From: Alphaproteobacteria bacterium
Lineage (GTDB): Bacteria; Pseudomonadota; Alphaproteobacteria; RF32; CAG-239
Reading direction: 5' to 3'
Assembly (NCBI GenBank): GCA_045634545.1
Contig: JAZRAL010000025.1
Span: 11,602 to 75,601, forward strand
DNA: 64,000 bases
Shown in pieces: positions 1 to 8,457 of the stretch. A model generated the notes under the pieces. The model was not told where the DNA came from and did no database searches. It saw only the letters and a program-made list of their open reading frames with translations. Positions within the stretch are counted from its first letter, which is position 1, and every line of letters starts with the position of its first letter. The position numbers were made by a program, and so were the translations under genes.

Positions 1-30
1 GGAAATAATATTCAGTTAAGTGATGAAGAG

Positions 31-609
31 ATGCTTCAGTTTAAGATGTTTCAAGAACAAATGAAGGGCTACAGGACATCTGATAGTGGTGTAAATTTTG
101 TTGTGCCACAGCTTAGCGGTAAAGAGATTAGAAAAAGTAGCTATGTTAGAAGAACTTTATCTAGTGACGAATATATTATGAAAGTTGCAATGTTGCATCC
201 TTTTGCTTATTTTGGTGCTATAGTTTTATTTGCTATTGGTTTGGGAATTTTGTATTATTTGAGTAATGTAGATTTAGGTAAAGCAAAGTATCTTTATTTT
301 CCTTATGAAAAAGGTTTGGGGTGGTTTTTTGTATTTATGGGATTTTGCAAATATTTAAATCTTAGAATGACAGAGATGGTTGTTACAACAAAACGTGTTA
401 TTTGCAAAACGGGTATTATTGCTGTTAATACTGAAGAATTAAAAAATGCTCGTATTGAATCTGTTGAAATCAAACAAACTTTATGGCAAAGATTATGGCG
501 TTATGCTGATATTTATTTTACAGGAACTGGGGTTTCTTATGTTTTATTTACAAACATTAAAGATGCTAGGTCTGTTAAAAGTACATTAGAAGATAATTTA
601 GATATTTAA
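31..609 (+). CDS. membrane protein with bacterial PH (bPH_2/YdbT-like) domain
   Basis: Two hydrophobic helices (AMLHPFAYFGAIVLFAIGLGILYYL; GWFFVFMGF) are followed by VVTTKRVICKTGIIAVNTEELKNARIESVEIKQTLWQRLWRYADIYF, typical of bPH_2 domains. The frame is open back to base 1, so the 5' end may lie outside the window. Confidence 0.6.
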   Translation: MLQFKMFQEQMKGYRTSDSGVNFVVPQLSGKEIRKSSYVRRTLSSDEYIMKVAMLHPFAYFGAIVLFAIGLGILYYLSNVDLGKAKYLYFPYEKGLGWFFVFMGFCKYLNLRMTEMVVTTKRVICKTGIIAVNTEELKNARIESVEIKQTLWQRLWRYADIYFTGTGVSYVLFTNIKDARSVKSTLEDNLDI

Positions 610-623
610 TATTGAGGGAATTT

Positions 624-734
624 ATGAAAATAATTTGGGCTCTTTTAATGGTGGTGTTTTTGAGTTCTTGCCAAGCAAGTGGAACACATAAAGGAGCTAA
701 TTTGTTTGCAAATATTTTGACACTAGAATTTTAA
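624..734 (+). CDS. small (36 aa) putative lipoprotein
   Basis: ATG at 624 is preceded by GAGGGA (614-619). Translation is MKIIWALLMVVFLSSCQASGTHKGANLFANILTLEF, with a lipobox-like LSSC. It is below the ORF-track size cutoff and fills the gap between two genes. Confidence 0.35.
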   Translation: MKIIWALLMVVFLSSCQASGTHKGANLFANILTLEF

Positions 735-745
735 GAGAGAATAAT

Positions 746-1645
746 ATGATTGATTTACATGTGCACTCTAATGCATCGGATGGTTTTTTTAGTCCATCTG
801 AAATTATTGATATGGCTTTGGATATAAAATTAGAAGCATTGGCTTTAACAGACCATGATGCAATTGCAGGTGTAGATGAATTAAAAAAGGCTGCATTAGG
901 GAAAAATATTGAAATTATCAATGGGGCGGAATTATCGGTATATTATCCAGATACTGATATGGAAGTTATTGCGCTTAATATGCCTGATAAAAATATGAAA
1001 GAGTTTAAAAAATTTCAGGAAGAGGAATTTATTAGACGCAAAAGAGTTACTGATAAAAGGCTTAGTATTTTGCAAGGTTGGGGATATGACATTAGCTATG
1101 AAGAGGTTGCTTTTGATGAAAAAGGTAATGAACGTATGCAAATTAGAAGACCACACTTTGTTGATGTGCTCTTAAAAAAAGGATATATAAAAACAACTGC
1201 GGAAGCTTATAAGACTATTTTTGTTAAAGGCGGTGGTAGTTATGTTGAAAATCGCCCAAAAGATGTGAAAGATGTTATTAGATTTATAAAGGACAATGGT
1301 GGCGTTGCCATTTTAGCTCATCCTGTTCACACCAAAAAATTTGATCAAGAAATTTTTGATTTGTTTGTTGAATTGAAGGGATACGGACTTGATGGTGTGG
1401 AAGTATTTCATTCTTCACAATCTAGTGATTTAAGAAAAAAATATCTTGAGATGATTAAAGAATTGGGGTTGATTACAGCTGGTGGTTCTGATTTTCATGG
1501 AGGAACTGCACATCCAGAAAATAAACTTGGCACAGGAAAAAATAATAACCTTAATATTCCTTATATGGTTCTTGAAGAGATATTAAACTTTAGAACAAAT
1601 GGGATTAGCGCTAATTATTATAGCGAACTTGAAAAATATATCTAA
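746..1645 (+). CDS. PHP-domain phosphoesterase (TrpH/YciV-like)
   Basis: N-terminal MIDLHVHSNASDG, then LALTDHD, ILAHP and GGSDFHG metal-binding motifs of the PHP family. Confidence 0.8.
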   Translation: MIDLHVHSNASDGFFSPSEIIDMALDIKLEALALTDHDAIAGVDELKKAALGKNIEIINGAELSVYYPDTDMEVIALNMPDKNMKEFKKFQEEEFIRRKRVTDKRLSILQGWGYDISYEEVAFDEKGNERMQIRRPHFVDVLLKKGYIKTTAEAYKTIFVKGGGSYVENRPKDVKDVIRFIKDNGGVAILAHPVHTKKFDQEIFDLFVELKGYGLDGVEVFHSSQSSDLRKKYLEMIKELGLITAGGSDFHGGTAHPENKLGTGKNNNLNIPYMVLEEILNFRTNGISANYYSELEKYI

Positions 1646-1648
1646 AAA

Positions 1649-2560
1649 TTATTCCCAAACAGCTTTTACTTTTAGGCAATAGATGTCTTGTTGTTGTTCT
1701 TTGGTTAGTTTAACATAATCTTTTTCTGTTGTTATTAACGTTAGATTATTTTCTAAGGCTTCTTTTTTTAGCTGATTGATATCTTCTTTGGTATATGTGT
1801 GATGATCTTCAAAGTCTTTGGTTTTGACAACGTTGTAACCTTCTGTTGAAAGTGTTTTATAAAATTTTGAAGGATTACCAATACCGGCAAAAGCAAGAAC
1901 ATTTTTATTTGATAAATTTAGTTTTTCAGCAATTAATCTTCCAGTGTAGCATGGTAGGGTAATGTGTTGTTTTAAATTGGTTTTATCTTCGCCCATGATG
2001 ATGACATAATTAGCACGTTTTAGGCCAGTTGAAAGTGTTTCTCTTAATGGACCAGAGGGAATTATTTTACCATTTCCTATACCATTTGCGCCGTCAAAAA
2101 CAAGGTATGCTTCATTTTTGTATAAGGTTGGATTTTGGAAGCCATCATCCATAATTATGATTTCTGCACCAAGTGAAGTTGCGAGTTTTGCTCCATAGGC
2201 ACGATTGGGGGAAATTATGGTTGGAGCAGTTTGAGCTAGTAATCTTGCTTCATCTCCAGTTTCAAGCGGAGTGTGAACAGACAAATCTACAAGGATGTTT
2301 TTTAGCTTACCTTTGTAACCACGAGTTACAAAAAATACTTTTTTGTTTTCTTTTTGGTAGCGTTTGGCGAGGGCTATTGAGATTGGAGTTTTGCCAACTC
2401 CTCCTGCAGTAATATTACCAACACAAATAACCTTTGCTGTACTTTTATATGGAGATGAGTTATTTATACGATATTGAGTTATAAAACCATATATTTTAGA
2501 TACTGGAGTTAATAGGGTTGATAAAAAATTATCGCTATTCCAAAAATAAGGGGTTTTCAT
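1649..2560 (-). CDS. lpxK: tetraacyldisaccharide 4'-kinase
   Basis: P-loop VICVGNITAGGVGKTP, length about 300 aa, 4-nt overlap with waaA upstream. Confidence 0.9.
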   Translation of the reverse strand: MKTPYFWNSDNFLSTLLTPVSKIYGFITQYRINNSSPYKSTAKVICVGNITAGGVGKTPISIALAKRYQKENKKVFFVTRGYKGKLKNILVDLSVHTPLETGDEARLLAQTAPTIISPNRAYGAKLATSLGAEIIIMDDGFQNPTLYKNEAYLVFDGANGIGNGKIIPSGPLRETLSTGLKRANYVIIMGEDKTNLKQHITLPCYTGRLIAEKLNLSNKNVLAFAGIGNPSKFYKTLSTEGYNVVKTKDFEDHHTYTKEDINQLKKEALENNLTLITTEKDYVKLTKEQQQDIYCLKVKAVWE

Positions 2561-3822
2561 CGAGATAATTCCTTAACCAAAGCATCTTTTATACCATCTA
2601 GAACTTTGGCTTCTGCTGTAGCCCAATTGTAGGCTTTTTGTTGTGCATCTTCTAGAAGTTCTTTTTCCATAAATAATGAAATAGCTTCATCAATTACATC
2701 AGGAGCTGAAAAACGCTGAGTTACAGCATGTGAAGTCTGTGCTCTTTCTAGCATTTCTTTAAAGTTGTGCATATATGCGCCAACGATAACCGCATTTTTG
2801 TCACGAGCTGGTTCTATAAAGTTTTGACCGCCATGTTTGATTAATGAACCGCCAACAAATGTAACATCAGCTATTGAGTACCAAATGCCCATTTCACCAA
2901 TGGTGTCTGCTATGTAAACATCTGTTTTTTGTGTTAATGGTTCTTTTTGTGAGCGAAGAGCTGTTGAAAAACCATGTTTGTTGAATGTTTCGGATATTTC
3001 TTTTCCTCTGTGTGGATGGCGTGGAACAGAAATAATTAAAACGTCTTTAACGATACGTTGAAACTCTTTTAAGTGTTCAGCAAATTGTTCTTCTTCGTTG
3101 CTATGAGTTGAGCTTAATAAAAATACTCTTCTATTTCCAATTGCAGAAACAATTTCTTGTTTTTTTTCTAGATCTACTGGAAGAGGGATACCTGCATATT
3201 TTAAGTTACCAATGCAATCAACTTTGGGAGCACCAAGAATTTTTAAGCGATTTTTATCTTGCTCTGATTGGCCTAAGCATAATGAAAAATATGAAAGCAA
3301 TTCTTTTGATAAAAATTTGAATTTTTTCCAACGGTTAAAAGATTTATCAGATATTCTACCATTAACTAAAATTAGAGGAACTTTTGTTTTGTGAATTTCT
3401 GATATTAATGATGGCCAAAGTTCAGATTCAAACCACAAAACAGCATCTGGTTTGAAGTGATTTAGCAAGTTTTTTGCAAATTTTGGAACATCATATGGAA
3501 TGAATTGATGAAAAGCACGTTCAGGTAAACGTTTTGCCATAATTTCTGCGGAAGTTATAGTGCCGGTTGTAACCATTATTGATAAGTCTTTATCTTCTTT
3601 TAATAGCTTATCTATTAATGGCAACATTGAAACAGATTCACCAACTGATGCACCGTGTAACCAATATAATTTACCTTCTGGACGAGGGTGTGTGTAATGA
3701 CCGATACGCTCATTAAAACGGATAGGGGGCTCTTTATTGGTTTTTTGTCTTTTTTTGATGTATGTTGCTTTTATTATAGGAAAAGAAAGACTGATTAGTG
3801 CCTTGTATATTGGTATTATCAA
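2557..3822 (-). CDS. waaA: 3-deoxy-D-manno-octulosonic acid (Kdo) transferase
   Basis: Motifs WLHGASVGE and GGSLIKHGGQNFIEPA. TTG start is preceded by AGGAG at 8-nt spacing. Sits upstream of lpxK. Confidence 0.9.
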   Translation of the reverse strand: MIIPIYKALISLSFPIIKATYIKKRQKTNKEPPIRFNERIGHYTHPRPEGKLYWLHGASVGESVSMLPLIDKLLKEDKDLSIMVTTGTITSAEIMAKRLPERAFHQFIPYDVPKFAKNLLNHFKPDAVLWFESELWPSLISEIHKTKVPLILVNGRISDKSFNRWKKFKFLSKELLSYFSLCLGQSEQDKNRLKILGAPKVDCIGNLKYAGIPLPVDLEKKQEIVSAIGNRRVFLLSSTHSNEEEQFAEHLKEFQRIVKDVLIISVPRHPHRGKEISETFNKHGFSTALRSQKEPLTQKTDVYIADTIGEMGIWYSIADVTFVGGSLIKHGGQNFIEPARDKNAVIVGAYMHNFKEMLERAQTSHAVTQRFSAPDVIDEAISLFMEKELLEDAQQKAYNWATAEAKVLDGIKDALVKELSR

Positions 3823-3833
3823 AATAATGCTCC

Positions 3834-4598
3834 TTAGTTGGTAGATTGTGAATTGTTTTGGTATTTTTTGTTTTTGCCTACACCTGGTTCTATTTTTTCG
3901 ATATTGCAGATTTCGTCAGCCTTATAGGTTATTTCATTTAGCTCATTTTCGATTTTTTGACGATATGCTTCTAATTCTTCATCTGTTAGATCCTTGGGGA
4001 CAAAAAATGGTTTAGTTGGCAGGATTATTCCTTCTGTGTATGGGCGAGGAATTAACATTGCATCCCAGCTTTTTTTGATAACCATTGCGTTTTTAGCGCT
4101 ATATGTAAAACCAATGATTGGTTTACCAGTTTTTTGGGCAAAATAAACTATACTTTTATTTAATCTCATACGTGGGCCACGTGGTCCATCAGGAATGATT
4201 GCAATGGTTGTGCCTGAATTTAATTCTTTTACGATTTTTACGGCAGCAGTTGCGGCATGGTCATTTGTTGACCCATCTATTGTTGAAATGTGATATTTAC
4301 GTAATATTTTAGCGATAATTTGACCGTCTTGATGAGGAGAAACTAGGGCTTTTAGGGTGCAGTTGTTTTCAAAAAATGAGGGGAGTACAAGGACTCTGCC
4401 ATGCCAAGCAATAAAAATTGCTCCAGCGTTTTCTTTGCATAAATTAATGAATTCTTCTGCGCCATGAACTTCAAATTTACAAGTTTTATGGATTATGCGT
4501 AAATAAATATAAGCAAGTGAGCTAATGAGTTTTAAAGCAAATTTAGTGTGACCAAGGTCTCTAAGAAAGTGCTTTATTTTCTTTTTTAATGGTTTCAT
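3834..4598 (-). CDS. DUF374-family lysophospholipid acyltransferase-like protein
   Basis: WHGRVLVLP, SPHQDGQIIAKIL and IIPDGPRGPR motifs. The DUF374-waaA-lpxK order is classic for alphaproteobacteria. Confidence 0.8.
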   Translation of the reverse strand: MKPLKKKIKHFLRDLGHTKFALKLISSLAYIYLRIIHKTCKFEVHGAEEFINLCKENAGAIFIAWHGRVLVLPSFFENNCTLKALVSPHQDGQIIAKILRKYHISTIDGSTNDHAATAAVKIVKELNSGTTIAIIPDGPRGPRMRLNKSIVYFAQKTGKPIIGFTYSAKNAMVIKKSWDAMLIPRPYTEGIILPTKPFFVPKDLTDEELEAYRQKIENELNEITYKADEICNIEKIEPGVGKNKKYQNNSQSTN

Positions 4599-4693
4599 GA
4601 TGGTCCTTTTTCTGTTTTATATTGATATAGAATAAAACTTTTAATAATAATCTCAAGGGTTATATTTTTTTATCCTACATATTTAATTGAAAA

Positions 4694-4721
4694 TAAAAAA
4701 AAGCGACCGATAAAGGTCGCT
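4694..4721 (-). terminator. intrinsic terminator after the mechanosensitive channel gene
   Basis: AGCGACC/GGTCGCT stem (4702-4708 / 4715-4721), with a U-run on the minus strand (A-run 4694-4701). Confidence 0.7.
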
Positions 4722-4730
4722 AAATTTGGG

Positions 4731-7178
4731 TTATACGTTTGTTTGCCATCCTTTGATAGATGTATCTTCGCTACTTTTGTGTACAACAATTTGTGGGTAG
4801 GCGATATTGATGTTTTCATCTCTAAAACGACGCAAAATTTCGTAACGTATGTCACTTGATGCTGTCCAGCCTGACCAGATATCTGATACATAAAATCTTA
4901 GTTCAAAATCAAGTGATGATGAGCCAAAATCTTTAAACACAACATAAGGTCCTGGAACTTTGGCTACTTTTTTGCATGATTTTGCACATTCTAGCAATAA
5001 GTTTGTAACTACGTTTGCATCTGAGTCATAAGATACACCAACTTTTATGGCTTGACGTTGCCAGTTGTTGTCATGAGTTAGGTTTATTAATGAACTTGAG
5101 ATAAGAGTTGCATTTGGAATGATAACACTTTGTCTTGTCCATGTTTCTAGCTCTGTTGAGCGAATGTTGATTTGTTTGATTTTTCCTTCTTCGCCTCCGA
5201 TTATTACCCAATCGCCAACTTTGAATGGACGTTCAAACAAAATGATTATACCTGATACGAGGTTTTTAATTACATCTTGTAAACCAAAACCGATACCAAC
5301 GGAAAGTGCACCGGCGATAACTGCAAGATTTGATAGGTCTACACCCATGGCAACGATTGCTAAGATTACAGATATTATTATACCAACAAAGCCGGTACCA
5401 GATATAAGTGAGTGTTTTATACCTTCATCCATGTTGATGCGGTTAAGTAAATTGATAGATAGTCTCTTTTTGATAATTTTTACAACAGTTAGTGATGCTA
5501 AAAATACAACAAGTCCTGTTAGTATGGCTATTATTGAAATTTCTATACCACCAACTTTAAAACCAAAGAGTAATTTTTTTAACCCATGAAGCATAAATGT
5601 TGATGGAACCCCCCATAATCTTAATAATGAATATAAGAATAACATTACTAAAATAGGGGTTATAAGTAGTGACATGGTAAAGTCTGCTTTTGACAAAAAT
5701 TTCTTACGTAATTTGAAAGTTGATATCCAAAAGATGATGCTTCTGCGTAAGAGATCTGAAACAAACTTTCTTGTAATTATAAATGCTCCAAGTAATAATA
5801 TTGATAATATGAAGCGATTGAAAATGAATGTGGCAAGCCCTGGATAACCTATTAATGAAATAATAAATGTACCGATTGCAAAAAGTGATGTGAAAATAAT
5901 GATTCGAATAGATGTACTATTTTCTTCTTGTTCATCATTGTTTGAGGTGGTGTCTTGTGATGATATTTCTATGATTTCTTTTGCTTTTTCATCTTCTAAA
6001 ATGCGTGATGTTAGAATTATAATAACAAAAGCTTTGAAGGCATCTGATATAACTTCTAGAAGCAATTTTAATTCAGATGATATTTCAAAATAGTTTGAAA
6101 TATTGATGATGCAAGCAATAGAGCCAAGCAAAATGATGCTTAATGTTGTAGCATTAAAAATACGCTCAGCTTTTTCATCTGAAATGTTAAATAAACGCCA
6201 CTTACCATTCCATGGAGCTAAGATTACTCGGGAGATAGCTCTAATTAATGTAATATAGAGAAGATAGTATAAGATATTAGCTAAAACTATTCCAAAGTTG
6301 CTATTGGTGAGAGTGTGATTGCTAACTTGCCATAGCAAACAGCCACCTATTAATAATGAAGGGATTACTCCATAAGCAATGGCTGTAATTATTGCAACAA
6401 TAATTTTTTGCCCATAGCGGGGTTGGTCTTCTGTTTGTCTGTAACCATAGTGAGTGATGATAAAGTGTCTTAAAAATAAACCGATTGATAAGATGAATAT
6501 TAATATGAGTAATACATACCAAATATTTTGGTTGAAATCTTGTTTTTCTTGATTGTTTAGATTTTTATACCAAGAAATTGGTGAGTAGGCTATTTTCCAT
6601 AAAAATACAGCACCATCACTGAATGAGTTTAGAAAATTTTTCTTGTTTATTAGTGTGTTTTGTTCTGCGACAAGGTTTCCTATTAAAATTTGTGAACGAG
6701 CATTCGAGATTAAAGCTGTTAAACGGGCAATTTCTGTTTTTAATAAGTTTGCTTCTATTTGCCTATTTTTGTATGCTGTCATTGATTGAGTGTATTTTTC
6801 TCTCATCTCAGCGATAGATGCGTCTTCTGTTTCGCCTTCTTTGGGAGCTTCACCAATAGCTAATAAAGCATCTTGAGTAAATTTGGCGTTTTTTTCGATA
6901 TTTTTAATAGCAGTATCAAGAGTGATTTCTTTTTCGTTAAGATAGGTTTGTGCCTCATCTAGAGTTTGGTTGGTGAAATTATTATTTTTTATGTTTTCTT
7001 CAATAACTAAAAAATTATCAGATATTTGTTTATAATCAAAATTTTCAGCGGTTTGTTCTAAAACAACAAGAGCGTCGTTTTCTGGTTTAGTCTCTAGCGA
7101 GGCTTGTTGTGAACTATAAGCCATTGAAGGGGTGATTATAAAACTTAAAAGAAAAGCAAGTAAAAATAATTTTTTCAT
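4731..7178 (-). CDS. MscS-family mechanosensitive channel (MscK/KefA-like) with signal peptide and long periplasmic coiled N-domain
   Basis: Multiple TM helices and the C-terminal MscS core GLQDVIKNLVSGIIILFERPFKVGDWVIIGGEEGKIKQINIRSTELETW. ATG at 7178 (MKKLFLLAFLL...) is preferred over the upstream TTG at 7193. Confidence 0.85.
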   Translation of the reverse strand: MKKLFLLAFLLSFIITPSMAYSSQQASLETKPENDALVVLEQTAENFDYKQISDNFLVIEENIKNNNFTNQTLDEAQTYLNEKEITLDTAIKNIEKNAKFTQDALLAIGEAPKEGETEDASIAEMREKYTQSMTAYKNRQIEANLLKTEIARLTALISNARSQILIGNLVAEQNTLINKKNFLNSFSDGAVFLWKIAYSPISWYKNLNNQEKQDFNQNIWYVLLILIFILSIGLFLRHFIITHYGYRQTEDQPRYGQKIIVAIITAIAYGVIPSLLIGGCLLWQVSNHTLTNSNFGIVLANILYYLLYITLIRAISRVILAPWNGKWRLFNISDEKAERIFNATTLSIILLGSIACIINISNYFEISSELKLLLEVISDAFKAFVIIILTSRILEDEKAKEIIEISSQDTTSNNDEQEENSTSIRIIIFTSLFAIGTFIISLIGYPGLATFIFNRFILSILLLGAFIITRKFVSDLLRRSIIFWISTFKLRKKFLSKADFTMSLLITPILVMLFLYSLLRLWGVPSTFMLHGLKKLLFGFKVGGIEISIIAILTGLVVFLASLTVVKIIKKRLSINLLNRINMDEGIKHSLISGTGFVGIIISVILAIVAMGVDLSNLAVIAGALSVGIGFGLQDVIKNLVSGIIILFERPFKVGDWVIIGGEEGKIKQINIRSTELETWTRQSVIIPNATLISSSLINLTHDNNWQRQAIKVGVSYDSDANVVTNLLLECAKSCKKVAKVPGPYVVFKDFGSSSLDFELRFYVSDIWSGWTASSDIRYEILRRFRDENINIAYPQIVVHKSSEDTSIKGWQTNV

Positions 7179-7207
7179 ATTGAATACTTTCAAAATTAAT
7201 AACCAAA

Positions 7208-8215
7208 TTATGAGCGTTTGATGAAGTATTTTAGTAATACATCAAAGCATGCTTTTGCAGAGCCGGCTCTTAAGTTATCAAGAACAGACCAATAACTTAT
7301 GCCATTTTCAACAGATACATCTTGGCGAATGCGTGAAACATAAACATTATCTTCACCTTGAATGTCATCTACACTAACATATCCGCCATCTACATTTTTA
7401 TCAAAAACAACAACGTTTTTAGTTTTTGACATTTCTTCTTTTATGTTTGTTGCATCAACTTCATTTGTAAATTCGGCATTTACAAAAACACCATCACCAA
7501 TAAATGTTGGAACAAAAGCTGCATTTGCATGAACTTTTATGTCAGATTTTAAGATTTTTTTGATTTCGGCGTTTAGTTGCCATTCTAATTCGGTTTCTTC
7601 GCCAATGAAGTCACCAACTTGTGGTAGTACGTTAAATGCAATTTGTTTTTTGAAAACTTGCTCATTGTCGCTAAGAGATTCATTTAAGAAAATTTTTCTT
7701 GATTGAGTGAATAATTCATCCATAGCAACTCTGCCATAATGTGATGTAGAAATAAATGCATTAATAACTAAACGTTTAAGAGAGTTATTTTTCAAGCTAT
7801 TTGAAAGAGGAAGTAATACTTGGTAGGCGGTTGATGATGGAATAGAAACAACAGAAGTATCAGATGTTATTTGGTCGCCATTTAGCTCTGGGATAATGGA
7901 TAAAACATCTTGTTGGCTAAAGGTTGCACCACTTAAGTCTATAACTTTGCAGTTTGAAGAAACAGCTTTTTTGATGTATCTTGTTGCTTGTTCTTTTGTG
8001 CAACAGAAAATAGCAATATCTACAGTTTTAAAATCAAAATTTTCTAGATTATGAACATCAAGCTCATCATCTTCACCATATGATACGATAGTACCAAGAG
8101 GAGCTTTAGGGTCTACAGCATAGATGCTTTTGGCATCAAATGCGTTTTCGCTAAAAAGATTTAATAATTCATAACCTTGACTTTCTTTTACACCGATAAT
8201 TGCTATTTTTTGCAT
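7208..8215 (-). CDS. USG-1 family protein (aspartate-semialdehyde dehydrogenase-like, lacks catalytic Cys)
   Basis: ASD fold motifs are present (IAFNVLPQ, SRIRQD, WSVLDNLRAGSA). The active-site NPNCST is replaced by IPSSTA, as in E. coli USG-1 (VPDSLTS). His-equivalent reads GDG. Confidence 0.7.
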   Translation of the reverse strand: MQKIAIIGVKESQGYELLNLFSENAFDAKSIYAVDPKAPLGTIVSYGEDDELDVHNLENFDFKTVDIAIFCCTKEQATRYIKKAVSSNCKVIDLSGATFSQQDVLSIIPELNGDQITSDTSVVSIPSSTAYQVLLPLSNSLKNNSLKRLVINAFISTSHYGRVAMDELFTQSRKIFLNESLSDNEQVFKKQIAFNVLPQVGDFIGEETELEWQLNAEIKKILKSDIKVHANAAFVPTFIGDGVFVNAEFTNEVDATNIKEEMSKTKNVVVFDKNVDGGYVSVDDIQGEDNVYVSRIRQDVSVENGISYWSVLDNLRAGSAKACFDVLLKYFIKRS

Positions 8216-8396
8216 TTTTGTATCCTCTTTTAATGATTTATGTTTTAGTATAATTTGCAGTATTGATGATTAAATTTCAAGTAATTATGTAGTTATCCAC
8301 CCGTAAGGTTATAAGTGATTAAAATGCTTTAGGGTAAAATCGAAATTTTAGTGATGATTGTTGTTGGGGATTGGGGAAACGGAGAGGATATTTTTA

Positions 8397-8425
8397 TTGC
8401 AAAGGGGGGATTTTTGTGGTAAAAT
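8397..8425 (+). promoter_or_regulatory. sigma70-type extended -10 promoter (TTGCAA-N17-TAAAAT, TGG upstream of -10)
   Basis: TTGCAAaggggggatttttgTGGTAAAAT. Near-identical to the copy at 19131-19159. Confidence 0.5.
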
Positions 8426-8457
8426 AAGGTATGTTTTGAATAAAAGCAAGGATGAGT

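Noticed and set aside
5119-5589. 156-aa ORF on the plus strand inside the mechanosensitive channel gene.
   Set aside because: It is antisense to a confidently identified MscS-family CDS, low-complexity Ser/Pro/Ile-rich, and has no RBS. This is a typical shadow ORF of an AT-rich gene. The same reasoning applies to 5890..6093, 6322..6522 and 6623..6817.
7208-8215. Initial idea that this is a decayed or inactive asd gene (missing catalytic Cys).
   Set aside because: The substitution pattern and several other blocks (ISTSHYGRVAMDELF, QIAFNVLPQ, YWSVLDNLRAG) match the known USG-1 subfamily, which naturally lacks the Cys. It is therefore not evidence of pseudogenisation. It is retained only as a low-interest linkage note.
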